64,000 nucleotides of DNA from an uncultured Lachnospiraceae bacterium (GCA_910589195.1 CAJUTC010000005.1:23957-87956), one strand, 5' to 3'. Positions 28,543 to 39,632 are shown, counted from the first letter of the stretch. Numbers and translations are program-made. Notes: generated by a model from the sequence alone, not told the origin.

Positions 28543-28797
28543 TTAATTATTCCTTAAATACTTTTCAATATCTGAAATCGCCTGCTGCTCATCATCGCCG
28601 TCTGCCATAATTACCAATTCTTCCCCTGCTGTCAGCCCCAAAGTCATCATACCCATAATACTTTTTGCGTTCACCCGTTTGGATTCCGACTCCACATAAA
28701 TTTTGCTTTCATACTGGCTTGCCACTTGTACTAACATCGCAATCGGTCTTGCTTCCAAACCGGATGAGAGTTCAATGGTAACTGTCTTTCTTATCAT
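28543..28797 (-). CDS. HPr/Crh-like protein (His15 replaced by Glu)
   Basis: GLEARP in place of GLHARP; VNAKSIMGMM with Ser46; located after whiA as crh is in Bacillus. Confidence 0.88.
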   Translation of the reverse strand: MIRKTVTIELSSGLEARPIAMLVQVASQYESKIYVESESKRVNAKSIMGMMTLGLTAGEELVIMADGDDEQQAISDIEKYLRNN

Positions 28798-29803
28798 AAT
28801 TTTCCTCCTCTTTTCCGGACGGTCCCACTTCCGTCTCAATACCCGCTCCATCAGGCGCCTTTTCGCGCAGAAAATCCGCTATGGCTCCCAGCTTCCTGAG
28901 CCGATGGTTCACGCCAGACTTCCCTACAGGTGGCTCTAGCGCCTCCCCCAGTTCTTTCAAAGATGCCTCTGGCTTCTCCAGCCGGATCCGGGCTATCTCC
29001 TCCAGCAGAGGAGGCAGCTTTGAAAAACCTATGGTGTCACGGATATACTCAATATCTTTTAATTGCTTTACCGCGGCAGACACGGTTTTGTTAATATTGG
29101 CAGTTTCGCAGTTTACTTGACGGTTTACTTGTCCCCGCATCTCCTTCACGATCCGGATATTTTCCAGATCCATCAATGCCACTGGCGCCTCCATCACATT
29201 TAAGATATCTACGATCTGACTGCCTTCTTTTAAATAAACAACAAAATATTTCTTCCGGACTACGATTCTGGCATCTAATCCAAAGGTTCCAATAATATCC
29301 TGAAGCTGCCTGGCTTTTTCCATGGTCGCACAGGCAATTTCAAAATGATAGGATTTCTTCGGATCATTAATGGAACCGGACGCAAGGAATGCCCCCCGGA
29401 TAAATGCCCGCTTGCAGCAGGCTTTCTTTACCACCATATTTTTCATAGGTGACAATACTTCGCCGATTTCCCCGTCTTCTCCCAACAGTTTAGCCGCCAT
29501 CAAGATCCGCAGCGCGTCCTGATGGTTTCCCACTACCACGGAATAAACATTGCCCTTCTTTAAATGAAGGCTCTTTCGAATCGAAACATCCGCTACTATA
29601 TTAAATGTTTTTCCCAATAATGTAAAGTACTTTCTTGCAACTGCTGCGTTTTCCGTATGGATTTTAATGGAAAAATGGTCGTCTGCTGAAATGGAAACCC
29701 TTCCACACAGGCTGATAATGGCGGCAAGCTCCGCAATCTGGCAGTGTCTGGCCTGAGCGTTCTGCCGTGACAGCTCGTCCTTTACCTTTGATGCATATGA
29801 CAC
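28772..29803 (-). CDS. whiA: DNA-binding protein WhiA
   Basis: SYASKVKDEL, AFIRGAFLASGSINDP, VNRQVNCETAN, KSGVNHRLRKL. Confidence 0.95.
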   Translation of the reverse strand: MSYASKVKDELSRQNAQARHCQIAELAAIISLCGRVSISADDHFSIKIHTENAAVARKYFTLLGKTFNIVADVSIRKSLHLKKGNVYSVVVGNHQDALRILMAAKLLGEDGEIGEVLSPMKNMVVKKACCKRAFIRGAFLASGSINDPKKSYHFEIACATMEKARQLQDIIGTFGLDARIVVRKKYFVVYLKEGSQIVDILNVMEAPVALMDLENIRIVKEMRGQVNRQVNCETANINKTVSAAVKQLKDIEYIRDTIGFSKLPPLLEEIARIRLEKPEASLKELGEALEPPVGKSGVNHRLRKLGAIADFLREKAPDGAGIETEVGPSGKEEENYDKKDSYH

Positions 29804-29805
29804 GC

Positions 29806-30696
29806 TTACCCTTCTTTCTCTGCCTGCTTTTTCCAGCCATCGTTTTCAATATCACGGTGGAACAGCTTTACACCGTAGCCGGGATGAAGCGCAAGCCAGT
29901 TATACAGCGCCCTGGCAATGGTAACAGAACGGTGCTTCCCGCCAGTGCAGCCAATCCCGATTACCAGCTGGTTTTTCCCCTCTAAAATGTAGTTGGGAAG
30001 CAGAAAATCGAACAGATCAAACAGTTTCTTTAAAAAAAGATCGGCTGTCCCGCCCTGCTTCACATATTCCTGAACCACAGTTTCTTCCCCTGTGCGCTTT
30101 CGCAAATCCTCCACATAATAAGGATTAGGAAGGAAGCGGACATCAAAAATTAAATCTCCATCTGATGGGATCCCATATTTAAAGCCAAAGGAAAGGACTG
30201 TAATATATAAATTTTTATAGTCCTGCGCTTCCACAAAAATCTTTTCCAGCTCTTTTCGAAGCTCCCTGGTAAGGAGATGGCTGGTATCAATAATAAAATC
30301 AGAGGATTTCTTTAAAAAAGCCAGGCGCTCCCGCTCCAGTTCAATCCCTTTCTCAATCCGCCCTCCTGCCGCCAGCGGATGCATCCTTCTGGTTTCCTTA
30401 AAACGCTTAATTAAAACCGGATCGCCTGCGTCCAAAAACAGCACTTGGTAGCAGACCCCTCTCTGTTCCCAGTGTTTCAGCACATCCTTTAGCTGGGGCA
30501 ATTCTTCCCCACTGCGGATATCAACCCCCAGGGCAATCTTCTGGAGCCTTCCCACATGGTTTAAACTTAAATCGGTAAAGGGATCCACCAGGGAAATGGG
30601 CAAATTGTCCACACAATAATACCCCATGTCCTCTAGCATCTTTAAGGCTTGTGTTTTTCCCGCGCCGGACATCCCAGTTACAATTACCAACTTCAT
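29806..30696 (-). CDS. rapZ: RNase adapter RapZ/YvcJ P-loop protein
   Basis: VTGMSGAGKT, DNLP, SFGFKYG, DVRFLPNP, GCTGGKHRSV. Confidence 0.93.
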   Translation of the reverse strand: MKLVIVTGMSGAGKTQALKMLEDMGYYCVDNLPISLVDPFTDLSLNHVGRLQKIALGVDIRSGEELPQLKDVLKHWEQRGVCYQVLFLDAGDPVLIKRFKETRRMHPLAAGGRIEKGIELERERLAFLKKSSDFIIDTSHLLTRELRKELEKIFVEAQDYKNLYITVLSFGFKYGIPSDGDLIFDVRFLPNPYYVEDLRKRTGEETVVQEYVKQGGTADLFLKKLFDLFDFLLPNYILEGKNQLVIGIGCTGGKHRSVTIARALYNWLALHPGYGVKLFHRDIENDGWKKQAEKEG

Positions 30697-30748
30697 ACCT
30701 ACCACCTTTTAGCCTTTCTCTTTTGCGGCACGTCTTTGGAATTCTCTC

Positions 30749-31681
30749 TTACTGGCTGTCTAGCTGTTTAAACTCACCCAGGCATTTTATTTCCAACTCA
30801 AGTTTCACCCCAAACTGTTTCCTTACTGTTTCCGATACTTGGCCGCATAGTTGGATTACGTCCTGAGCCGTGGCATGATCCCGGTTAATCACAAAGCCGC
30901 TGTGCTTTTCCGATACCTGGGCGCCGCCAACCTGAAATCCTTTTAATCCGGCATCCTGGATCAGCTTTCCTGCGAAAAAACCTTCCGGGCGCTTAAATGT
31001 GCTTCCAGCGCTGGGATATTCCAATGGCTGCTTGGAACGCCTTAATTTTGCCAATTCTTCTATTCGTGCCTGAATTTGTTTTGGATCCCCCTGCTTTAAG
31101 CAAAACCGTGCCCCCAATACAATCCAGCCATTTTTCAAAACGCTGCTGGTTCGGTATCCTAACTCAAGGCGGTCTGCCGAAATCTCTTTTATGCTTCCTT
31201 CTTCTGTTAATACCCGGACTTTCGTAAGCACATCTTTCATCTCACTGCCGTAAGCCCCTGCGTTCATCACTACGGCCCCTCCCACAGTTCCAGGGATTCC
31301 GGCAGCAAATTCCAGACCTGTCAGGCCTGCTTCCAAGGCTTTTTTCGCAATCCGGGACAGCAAGACCCCGGCATCTGCGTCCAGCGTGTTACCCCTGGCG
31401 CAGATATTGCCAAGACCCTTGCCTATCTGGATCACAACGCCGTCAAACCCCTTATCGCTGACCAAGACATTACTTCCCTTCCCCAGGATAAACCAGGGAA
31501 TCTTTTTTTTCCTTAATAAATCAGCCAGGGACTTTAGTTCCTCTTCACTGCCGGGGGATACAAAAATCTTAGCAGGCCCTCCGATGCGAAAGGTGGTATG
31601 GGCGCTCATAGGCTCCTCTTGACGAACCTGCTCTTTTCCCTTAACCAGACCGCAAATCTCTTCATAAATTTGACTGTTCAT
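30749..31681 (-). CDS. murB: UDP-N-acetylenolpyruvoylglucosamine reductase
   Basis: HTTFRIGG, GSNVLV, GIPGTVGGAVVMNAGAYG, PSAGSTFKRP. Start uncertain (31681 ATG or 31741 TTG). Confidence 0.93.
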   Translation of the reverse strand: MNSQIYEEICGLVKGKEQVRQEEPMSAHTTFRIGGPAKIFVSPGSEEELKSLADLLRKKKIPWFILGKGSNVLVSDKGFDGVVIQIGKGLGNICARGNTLDADAGVLLSRIAKKALEAGLTGLEFAAGIPGTVGGAVVMNAGAYGSEMKDVLTKVRVLTEEGSIKEISADRLELGYRTSSVLKNGWIVLGARFCLKQGDPKQIQARIEELAKLRRSKQPLEYPSAGSTFKRPEGFFAGKLIQDAGLKGFQVGGAQVSEKHSGFVINRDHATAQDVIQLCGQVSETVRKQFGVKLELEIKCLGEFKQLDSQ

Positions 31682-31733
31682 AGCTGCCCTTCCTGCAATC
31701 TCTTTTTGCGGTTTTCTTTTATTTTTATTTCTT

Positions 31734-32663
31734 TTATTCAAACCGCCTGCTTAAATTCGCCTGTACCCGGTTGTAAAGCTCCTGGGCAGCATTGTAACCC
31801 ATCTTCTTCTGACGGTAGTTAACTGCTGCGGACTCTACAATAATAGCCAAATTCCGGCCTGGACGGATAGGGATGGAATGACAGACCACCTGGTTTCCTA
31901 AAAATTCGGTATACTGATCCTCTAATCCCAGACGGTCATACTCCCTGTCCTTATCCCAATCCTCCAGCTTAATAACCATATCAATGGACTGGGTTTCTTT
32001 TACGCTCTCTACACCGTACAAAGTTTTTACATCAATAATTCCAATTCCCCGCAGTTCGATAAAATGCTTGGTAATATCCGGAGAGTTTCCTATCAAAGTT
32101 TCATCACTTACCTTCCGGATTTCCACCACATCATCCGTTACCAGACGATGCCCTCTCTTAATCAGCTCCAAAGCCGCCTCGCTTTTTCCAATTCCGCTTT
32201 CTCCCATAATCAGCACACCCTCGCCGAATACATCCACCAAAACTCCATGGATGCTGATGCAGGGCGCCATCTGTACCTTCAGCCAACGGATGGTTTCTGC
32301 CATAAAATCGGAGGTAGGCTGTTCCGAAACCAGAACCGGAACATCATAATGGCTTGCCAGGTTTAAAATATCTTCGTCTGGCGCCATTCCTCGGCAGTAT
32401 ACAAGGCATGGTATCTTACTGGAAAGGAGCCGGTCATATACTTCCATCTTCCTCTCATAGCTTAAGGTAGAAACGTAAGCCCGTTCTACTGTTCCCACTA
32501 CCTGAACCCGTTCATGGTCAAAATGATCGAAAAAGCCTGCTAACTGAAGGGCCGGGCGGTTCACCTCCGGGTGGGTCAGAACCGTTTTTTCTGTATCCTG
32601 CTCCGGAGTCGCGTTTTTTAATTTCATCTTTTGAATCAGCTTTGAAACAGTTACCCCATGCAT
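31734..32663 (-). CDS. hprK: HPr kinase/phosphorylase
   Basis: HGVLVDV, GESGIGKSEAALEL, LVTDD, ELRGIGII, PGRN. Confidence 0.96.
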   Translation of the reverse strand: MHGVTVSKLIQKMKLKNATPEQDTEKTVLTHPEVNRPALQLAGFFDHFDHERVQVVGTVERAYVSTLSYERKMEVYDRLLSSKIPCLVYCRGMAPDEDILNLASHYDVPVLVSEQPTSDFMAETIRWLKVQMAPCISIHGVLVDVFGEGVLIMGESGIGKSEAALELIKRGHRLVTDDVVEIRKVSDETLIGNSPDITKHFIELRGIGIIDVKTLYGVESVKETQSIDMVIKLEDWDKDREYDRLGLEDQYTEFLGNQVVCHSIPIRPGRNLAIIVESAAVNYRQKKMGYNAAQELYNRVQANLSRRFE

Positions 32664-32763
32664 CTTCCTAATCTCCTTTGTCTTACATTACCATATACTT
32701 CCTGCTGCTATCTTAACACAACTTGTTTGGATTGTCATTCCTTTTTCTGTCATTTCCGCTCTG

Positions 32764-34695
32764 TCATCTGTCTTCCCCTGCCGCCGGATGAAAAAATTCA
32801 TAGACCTGTTTAGCAGCCAGACGGTTCATATGGGGGGTTTTTTCCAATTCTTCTACAGCAGCAGACCGGATGGCTTCTTGACTTTTAAACTGCTTCATCA
32901 ATGCTTTTCTTCTTGCCGGCCCTATGCCTGGTATTTCATCTAAAATGGATTTTACCTGAGTTTTGCTTCGCAGGCTCCTGTGATACTCTATGGCAAATCG
33001 GTGGGCTTCATCCTGGATTCTGGTAATCAGCCGGAATCCTTCGGAATGTTTATCAATGGGAATTTCAATATTATGGAAATAAAGGCCTCTTGTCCTGTGG
33101 TTATCATCTTTTACCATTCCGCACACAGGAATTTCCAAATTTAATTTCCTTAACACTTCCAGAGCAATATTAACCTGCCCTCTCCCTCCGTCCATCATGA
33201 TCAAATCCGGAAACCGGGTAAAGCTTCCCAAATCCAGATCCATTCCCCTTTGCTTAAGCCGTTCTTCTTCCTCTAATCCGTGGGTAAACCGTCTGGTAAG
33301 CACTTCCTCCATAGAAGCGTAATCGTTTGATCCCTGGACGGATTGGATCCGAAACTTCCGGTAGTCGCTTCGCTTAGGCTTTCCATCCTCATAAACAATC
33401 ATGGAGCCTACCGATTCAAAGCCGCTGATATTGGAAATATCAAAGGCCTCAATCCGGCGGATATTCCCAAGCTTAAGCCATTCCCCAACCTGGTTCATGG
33501 CGCCGATTGTGCGGATTTCTTCCCGTTTTATCTTATCCTTGTCCTGATCCAGTACCATCCTGGCATTCTTTGCCGCCAGCTCTACCAGCTTCTCCTTTTC
33601 CCCTTTTTTCGGGCTTACAAGCCGTACCTTCTGGCCCCGCTTTGCACTGAGCCAACTGGCAATCACCTCTTCCTCCTCAAGTGGAACTTGTAGCAGAAGT
33701 TCCCTAGGAATAAAAGGGGTTCCGGCATAAAACTGTTTCACAAAGCTGGATAAAATCTGTCCCGGTTCCTCTTCCACTGCCGTATTCATATGGAAATGAT
33801 CTCTTCCAATCAAACGCCCTTCCCGCACAAAAAATACCTGAACCACTCCATCCTGTCCGTCCCTTGCCATGGCTATAATATCCCGGTCTTCCTGTCCGGA
33901 GCTGGTGATCTTTTGCTTTTGTGCTACCTGCTTAATACTGGATAGCAGTTCCCGGTATTCAATGGCTTTTTCAAAATCCATTTCCTCAGAAGCCGCTGCC
34001 ATTTTCTCCTCTAGTTCTTTCATCAGTTCCTTGTAATTTCCATTTAAAAAGTCCAGGATCTTTTGGATTCCCTTCTGGTATTCCTCTCTGGTTATATAGC
34101 CCTGGCAGGGGGCGTTACACTGCTTAATATGGTAATTTAAACAGGGACGCTCCTTTCCCATATCTTTTGGAAGGGAACGGCTGCAAGTCCGGATCCGGTA
34201 CAGCTTGTGAATCAAATCAAGCGTGTCCTTCACTGCTCCCACACTGGTATAAGGGCCAAAATACTTGCTTTTGTCCTTTTTCATTTCTCTGGAAAGCATA
34301 ACTCTTGGAAAATCTTCCCAAGCAGTAACCTTAATGTATGGATAGGTTTTATCATCCTTCAGCATCGTATTATACCGGGGCCGGTGCTCCTTAATCAGGT
34401 TGCACTCCAAAACCAGCGCTTCCAGCTCTGAATCGGTTATAATATACTCAAACCTGGCAATCTTTGATACCATTTGCTCAATTTTTGCCGTTTTGTTCCG
34501 GCTGCTCTGAAAATACTGCCTTACCCGGTTTTTTAAACTGACAGCCTTTCCTACATATATGATTTCATCCCTTGCGTCATGCATCAAATATACGCCTGGT
34601 TTTGCCGGAAGTTTTTTCAGTTCTGCTTCTACATCAAAAGCACCCAAAGGCGAACGGCGCACTTGCTTTCCCTGCTGCTCCTGTTCCTGTTCCAT
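32764..34695 (-). CDS. uvrC: Excinuclease ABC subunit C
   Basis: [45 protein letters not shown], HhH GIGP. Confidence 0.96.
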   Translation of the reverse strand: MEQEQEQQGKQVRRSPLGAFDVEAELKKLPAKPGVYLMHDARDEIIYVGKAVSLKNRVRQYFQSSRNKTAKIEQMVSKIARFEYIITDSELEALVLECNLIKEHRPRYNTMLKDDKTYPYIKVTAWEDFPRVMLSREMKKDKSKYFGPYTSVGAVKDTLDLIHKLYRIRTCSRSLPKDMGKERPCLNYHIKQCNAPCQGYITREEYQKGIQKILDFLNGNYKELMKELEEKMAAASEEMDFEKAIEYRELLSSIKQVAQKQKITSSGQEDRDIIAMARDGQDGVVQVFFVREGRLIGRDHFHMNTAVEEEPGQILSSFVKQFYAGTPFIPRELLLQVPLEEEEVIASWLSAKRGQKVRLVSPKKGEKEKLVELAAKNARMVLDQDKDKIKREEIRTIGAMNQVGEWLKLGNIRRIEAFDISNISGFESVGSMIVYEDGKPKRSDYRKFRIQSVQGSNDYASMEEVLTRRFTHGLEEEERLKQRGMDLDLGSFTRFPDLIMMDGGRGQVNIALEVLRKLNLEIPVCGMVKDDNHRTRGLYFHNIEIPIDKHSEGFRLITRIQDEAHRFAIEYHRSLRSKTQVKSILDEIPGIGPARRKALMKQFKSQEAIRSAAVEELEKTPHMNRLAAKQVYEFFHPAAGEDR

Positions 34696-34713
34696 ATCCT
34701 CACCTCTTTTATC

Positions 34714-35211
34714 TTACCGCAGCCTGCTTCCGTCATACTTTTTCCTTGTTTCCAAATGCTTTATAATTCCCCGGAGCTGGCTGTCCACATCCTCAGAGCC
34801 AAAAGGCATGGAAATATCCAAAGCCAGATAAATACTGTCTAATTCTTTTTGTCCCACATTGCCCCGCATCCGGCTTAAGACTTCTATCTGCTGATCATAG
34901 CCTTTCGCGTCTAAGAAGCGTTCCAGCCAGGGATTCATCCCCTGTTTAGTCATCCGCCTGTCTTCTTCCTCTTCCCGCACAAACACAACCTGTTCAAACC
35001 GGTACTTCTGATTGGCATCCGGATATTTTTTACGGTCCACCTCACTGAGAAACATGGAGAGGGGCCTTGCATAGACACGGAAGTCACCGTAAAGAGCCTG
35101 ATAGATTACCAGCTCTTCCCCTGTTTCTGTGTGCTGGGCAATTGCTACAATCTGATAGAAGGTGTTTTTAAAATGTCTGTAAAATTCTCCCGGTTTTGGT
35201 ACTTTGTCCAT
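34714..35211 (-). CDS. DUF1653 domain protein
   Basis: YRHFK..Y..A.HTET.E..VIYQALYG..YARP..MF. Confidence 0.82.
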   Translation of the reverse strand: MDKVPKPGEFYRHFKNTFYQIVAIAQHTETGEELVIYQALYGDFRVYARPLSMFLSEVDRKKYPDANQKYRFEQVVFVREEEEDRRMTKQGMNPWLERFLDAKGYDQQIEVLSRMRGNVGQKELDSIYLALDISMPFGSEDVDSQLRGIIKHLETRKKYDGSRLR

Positions 35212-35217
35212 GTTATC

Positions 35218-36459
35218 CTACTCCTTTTCTTCCGGATACGGCCTGGTTTCCCCTTCCTCCCTGGGCCTGTCTTCAGCTTCCTTTGACGTTAAAAGACCAT
35301 CATAATGATACTTGCCTGACGCGTTCCATAAAATCCACTGTTCATATCCGGCATCATAAACTGCCTGGATCTGTTCCCTAACTTCCAGCGGTCCATAAGG
35401 AATGTAGCGGGACAAATAGCTGGCAGTAAAATCCTGAAGCCAAGGCCTGACCAAAACAGGCTTTTTGCTTTCTGTTTGTGACAACGCATTTTGTGACCCG
35501 GCCAAAGCATTGAAAACCGTTTCATACGGCTGCGTATCCGGATAAGCAATCCCGAAATTTCCATTTCCATAGTGAGAGGGATACACCATGGGGCAAATCG
35601 CATCCAGCTCTTCTGCCATCTTTTCATAGTCCTGCCCCACAGTTTCCGCGTCCTCTTTTCCAAAAATCACTGATCCAAATACATCTGCCGACACAAACAG
35701 CCCTTTTCTCCTCAGCCGCTTGCACGCATACTCAGTAAACTCCAGGATAATCTCCTGTCTGGATTTCCCTTCTGTATCCGCCTCATCAAAAACCACTTCA
35801 TTCATCCCTTTCTCCGTGCCGAAACGGATATAGTCGAATTGAATCTCATCAAAACCGGCTTCCCCTGCCTGTTCCGCTATCTCAATTAAGTACTCCCAAA
35901 CCTCTTTTTTATAGGGGTTTACCCATGCTGAATTATTTTTGTCACGGTAAACGGTTCCGTCTGCTTTTTTGCAGCACCATTCTGGTTTCGCCTCTGCCAG
36001 ATACGGATCCCGAAAAGCGGGGATCCTGGCAATCCGGTAAATTCCATGATCCTTTAATTTTTTTGTCAGCGCCTTAATATCCGAAATATATCCGGCACAA
36101 GATTCAATCTCTTGTACCAGGGGAGAATCCATCAGGAAGGTAACCATTCCGTTATCATCTTTTACGTCAATTACCACTGCATTTAATTCTGTGGCGTCCA
36201 ACTGGCTTATAATCTTGTCCATTTCCCCACTTAACCCGGCTGTATACGCCGACAGGTAGATTCCCTTTACCTTCACTGGATCCGCAAACTTTTGCGCCAG
36301 CTCTTTTTTTCCCCAGTTTTGCCTTTTACGTACTTTTTGCTTCCGCTCTTCCTGCGTTTTCTGGCCTTCCTGGCTCTTAAGGCTGTCCGCCGGCGGCTGA
36401 TATCTTTGGCAGCCTATCAGCACCACTGCCAGGAATATGGCAAACACCCATTTTTTCAT
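35218..36459 (-). CDS. Putative glycoside hydrolase (DUF4015-like) lipoprotein
   Basis: Lipobox LIGC; VKGIY, NAVVIDVKDD, FDEIQFDYIRF, PMVYPSHY, RPWLQDF. Confidence 0.8.
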   Translation of the reverse strand: MKKWVFAIFLAVVLIGCQRYQPPADSLKSQEGQKTQEERKQKVRKRQNWGKKELAQKFADPVKVKGIYLSAYTAGLSGEMDKIISQLDATELNAVVIDVKDDNGMVTFLMDSPLVQEIESCAGYISDIKALTKKLKDHGIYRIARIPAFRDPYLAEAKPEWCCKKADGTVYRDKNNSAWVNPYKKEVWEYLIEIAEQAGEAGFDEIQFDYIRFGTEKGMNEVVFDEADTEGKSRQEIILEFTEYACKRLRRKGLFVSADVFGSVIFGKEDAETVGQDYEKMAEELDAICPMVYPSHYGNGNFGIAYPDTQPYETVFNALAGSQNALSQTESKKPVLVRPWLQDFTASYLSRYIPYGPLEVREQIQAVYDAGYEQWILWNASGKYHYDGLLTSKEAEDRPREEGETRPYPEEKE

Positions 36460-36729
36460 CCCTGCACTCCTAAATTTTCCCTGCCTCTGCAGATATTACT
36501 TGCTTACAGCTTTACACGCAATACCAGTGTGCTATCTAATCATTATATTCAGGAACTTTTGAATCATGTATTTTTCATTTGCTGATTTTTCCATTGTACA
36601 ATATTGGAAAGTGAATTACAAGTCTATCAATGGCAACGTTATTCTTGACATTTTGGTAAAATACCTCTAAGGTTATTGTAACACCATCATGATATCTGGT
36701 CATTATACCAATAAAAAGGAAGTGTGCTT

Positions 36730-38004
36730 ATGAACCCCTCCCGCCTTATTTTCCATATTGATGTAAACTCTGCGTTTTTAAGCTGGGAATCGGTATACCG
36801 GCTCAGTAACGATCCAACCGCTCTGGATTTGAGAACCATCCCTTCCGCTGTAGGAGGCGACAGCGCAAGCCGCCATGGCATTGTATTAGCAAAATCTATC
36901 TTAGCCAAAAAGCAGGGCGTAACTACCGGGGAACCCTTAGTTTCCGCCCGCCGGAAATGTCCGTCGCTTACCATTGTGCCATCCCGCTTCGAATTTTATA
37001 TCAAATGCTCAGAGGCTATGCTTTTATTGCTTTCTGATTATACCCCGGACAGCGAACCCTTCAGCATTGATGAAACTTTTTTAGATATGACCGCTACCAT
37101 CCATCTATTTGGCGATCCTATTATCGTGGCAAACCAGATCCGGGAGCGGATCAAACAGGAGCTTAAGTTTACTGTAAATATCGGAATCGCCCCAAATAAG
37201 CTTTTGGCAAAAATGGCTTCTGATTTTGAAAAACCAGATCAATGCCATACCTTATACCGCGAGGAAATCCCGCAAAAACTCTGGCCTCTTCCTATCCGGG
37301 ATTTATTTTTTGTAGGCCAATCTGCCCAAAGTAAATTGGAAGCCATTGGAATCCACACCATCGGCCAACTGGCCGCCTGTGATGAAACCATTTTAAAAGC
37401 TCATCTTGGAGATAAATACGCAAGGTTAATCCACCAATACGCCAATGGAATCGACGATTCCCCTGTCGCGCCAAAAGAACCCATTAATAAGGGCTATGGA
37501 AACAGTATTACCCTGTCCCGTGATGTGGATGACTACCATAGTGCCTGCCAGGTTTTGCTGTCCCTTTGCGAAACTGTAGGCGCCAGGCTCCGTGCCCATC
37601 ATGTACGGTGCCAAAATGTTTGTGTAGAGTTAAAAGATTGGCAATTTCGCCAGCATACCCACCAGGCAAATTTAAAAGACCCTACCGATTCTACCTCTGA
37701 AATCTACCATGTGGCAGCTCGGCTTTTAAAAGAATTCTGGGACTTAACCCCTGTCCGCCTGATTGGAGTACGGGCCGGGAAAATCCAGGAAGAAGATTGT
37801 TATCAGATTAGCCTTTTTGAGGATCCCCGTGCCGTAAAAATGAAAGAAATGGAAAAAACGGTAGACGCTATCCGTGAAAAATTCGGAACTGATAGCATTA
37901 AACGTGCCAGCTTCCTGAAAAAGGATTCTTTAGTGGATCATGCCGTCAGCAAAAAGAAACACCTGCCGCGGCAAGCGGCAGGGACAGGCCAGGTATCCGT
38001 ATAA
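36730..38004 (+). CDS. dinB: Y-family DNA polymerase IV
   Basis: HIDVNSAF, SIDETFLD, GIAPNKLLAKMASD..KP, clamp-binding QISLF. Start ATG 36730 or GTG 36724. Confidence 0.9.
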   Translation: MNPSRLIFHIDVNSAFLSWESVYRLSNDPTALDLRTIPSAVGGDSASRHGIVLAKSILAKKQGVTTGEPLVSARRKCPSLTIVPSRFEFYIKCSEAMLLLLSDYTPDSEPFSIDETFLDMTATIHLFGDPIIVANQIRERIKQELKFTVNIGIAPNKLLAKMASDFEKPDQCHTLYREEIPQKLWPLPIRDLFFVGQSAQSKLEAIGIHTIGQLAACDETILKAHLGDKYARLIHQYANGIDDSPVAPKEPINKGYGNSITLSRDVDDYHSACQVLLSLCETVGARLRAHHVRCQNVCVELKDWQFRQHTHQANLKDPTDSTSEIYHVAARLLKEFWDLTPVRLIGVRAGKIQEEDCYQISLFEDPRAVKMKEMEKTVDAIREKFGTDSIKRASFLKKDSLVDHAVSKKKHLPRQAAGTGQVSV

Positions 38005-38020
38005 GCAGGGAACGAACAGC

Positions 38021-39556
38021 TCACCAGCGCAGACCTTTTGGATAATGATTTTTCAAAAGGCCTCCGGCCTGCTTTGCCCATCCTATGGAAAAGCCGTCTA
38101 CTGTAACCAATGTCCAGCCCTTCCATGGTTCCTGGCAGGAGGATAAGGGCTCTCCCTTCAGATATTGAAGAATTTCGGTACTGTCACATGCCATATTTAC
38201 GGTGCGCAGCACATACTCTGGTTTTAAAAAAAGGGCCAAACCATGGGAAGGTTCAAACCGGTTTTTCTTAAAAGCGCCCAAATGCAAACCTGGCCGCACT
38301 ACTTTTATTCCTGTTATATCTGGCAGACCTTTATGCATATAGTAAAGCTGATCACCAAATACCCTATATTGCCCCGGCATTTCTTCCCACGGAGCGCAAG
38401 TTCCAGAACTGCTGCCAGATGGCTTCAGTGTTTCGCCGCAAAATCGCCAAAACATTTCCATTTCCGGTTTCCCCGGACACAGACAGGCCGTATTGTGGTG
38501 TTTCTCCCTTTTCCCGTTTTTTTCTCTTCTGCCTTCCCCTGCCCCCTCTCCTTCTTCGATCCTGCTTCCTTTCTCTGCCTTTTTGAGAAGTGCCAGATAA
38601 TGGCCTTCCCCTTGAGTCTGATGAGGCCAAATCCGGATGGTTTTTTCCAGGTTCGGATTCCGGATTTCCTGTAATACCCACTCCGGATTTCCCTTTCCGA
38701 ACCCGCAATCTCCATGATAAAATTGGCCCTCTTCAATGGTAAAATCCGGATGGCTTTTTAAAAATAAGGCCACGCTTTTTTCATCTTCTTCCGGCGCAAA
38801 CGTACAGGTAGAATACACCATCCAGCCTCCAGGTTTTAACATGTTTGCGGCATGTTCTAAAATTTCCTGCTGGCGGTTGTGGCAAAGAGCGATGTTAGAA
38901 AGGCTCCATTCCTGGCATGCCTGCATATCCTTCCGAAACATTCCTTCCCCGGAGCAGGGGGCATCGACTATAATTTTATCAAAAAATTCCGGAAACCTTC
39001 TGGCTAAACTTTGGCTGTCATGATTGGTTGCCAAAATATTCGCTGCCCCCATACGCTCCAGATTTTGGGATAGTATTTTCGCTCTGGCAGGGTGGATTTC
39101 GTTGCTTACAAGAAGCCCCCTTCCTGTTAAGGCTGAGGCGATCTGGGTACTTTTCCCTCCCGGCGCAGCACAAAGGTCTAAAACATAATCACCAGGCATG
39201 GGATTTAAAAGCTGGACAGGCGACATGGCGCTTGGTTCTTGGATATAATAAAGACCTGCTTCATGGTACGGATGTTTTCCCGGACGCTGATTGGATGGAT
39301 AGTAGTAGCCCATAGAAGCCCATGGAATTTCCTTCAGATGGAACTGCTTGGCGCATATGGCAGTTAGCTGCCCTGGATCTCCTTTTAAGGCATTTAGCCG
39401 TAACCCCTGGACAGGCGGTCTTTCATAGCTGGACAAAAAGGGTTGCCAATCCTCCTTTAGAAGCGCTTTCATACGGCTGATAAACGCGTCAGGCAATGTT
39501 TCCAAAACCGCCTGGCTGGTATTTGATTTGATTTGCTGATTCATTTTAACCTGCAT
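38021..39556 (-). CDS. rsmF: 16S rRNA m5C methyltransferase, RsmF/YebU family
   Basis: YYIQEPSAM, DLCAAPGGKS, VDAPCSGEGMFRK, YSTCTF, C-terminal PUA LKNHYPKGLR. Confidence 0.88.
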   Translation of the reverse strand: MQVKMNQQIKSNTSQAVLETLPDAFISRMKALLKEDWQPFLSSYERPPVQGLRLNALKGDPGQLTAICAKQFHLKEIPWASMGYYYPSNQRPGKHPYHEAGLYYIQEPSAMSPVQLLNPMPGDYVLDLCAAPGGKSTQIASALTGRGLLVSNEIHPARAKILSQNLERMGAANILATNHDSQSLARRFPEFFDKIIVDAPCSGEGMFRKDMQACQEWSLSNIALCHNRQQEILEHAANMLKPGGWMVYSTCTFAPEEDEKSVALFLKSHPDFTIEEGQFYHGDCGFGKGNPEWVLQEIRNPNLEKTIRIWPHQTQGEGHYLALLKKAEKGSRIEEGEGAGEGRREKNGKREKHHNTACLCPGKPEMEMFWRFCGETLKPSGSSSGTCAPWEEMPGQYRVFGDQLYYMHKGLPDITGIKVVRPGLHLGAFKKNRFEPSHGLALFLKPEYVLRTVNMACDSTEILQYLKGEPLSSCQEPWKGWTLVTVDGFSIGWAKQAGGLLKNHYPKGLRW

Positions 39557-39632
39557 TCGTTTCTCTGGTTTAAAAAGTTAACTTGTAACTATTGACACTT
39601 GGCTCGTGGCTCATTGCCCGCGAAAATAAAAA

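Noticed and set aside
36590..36729. LexA (GAAC-N4-GTTC) box before dinB
   Set aside because: None found; the partial matches at 46082-46093 and 57001-57012 are too weak to call.
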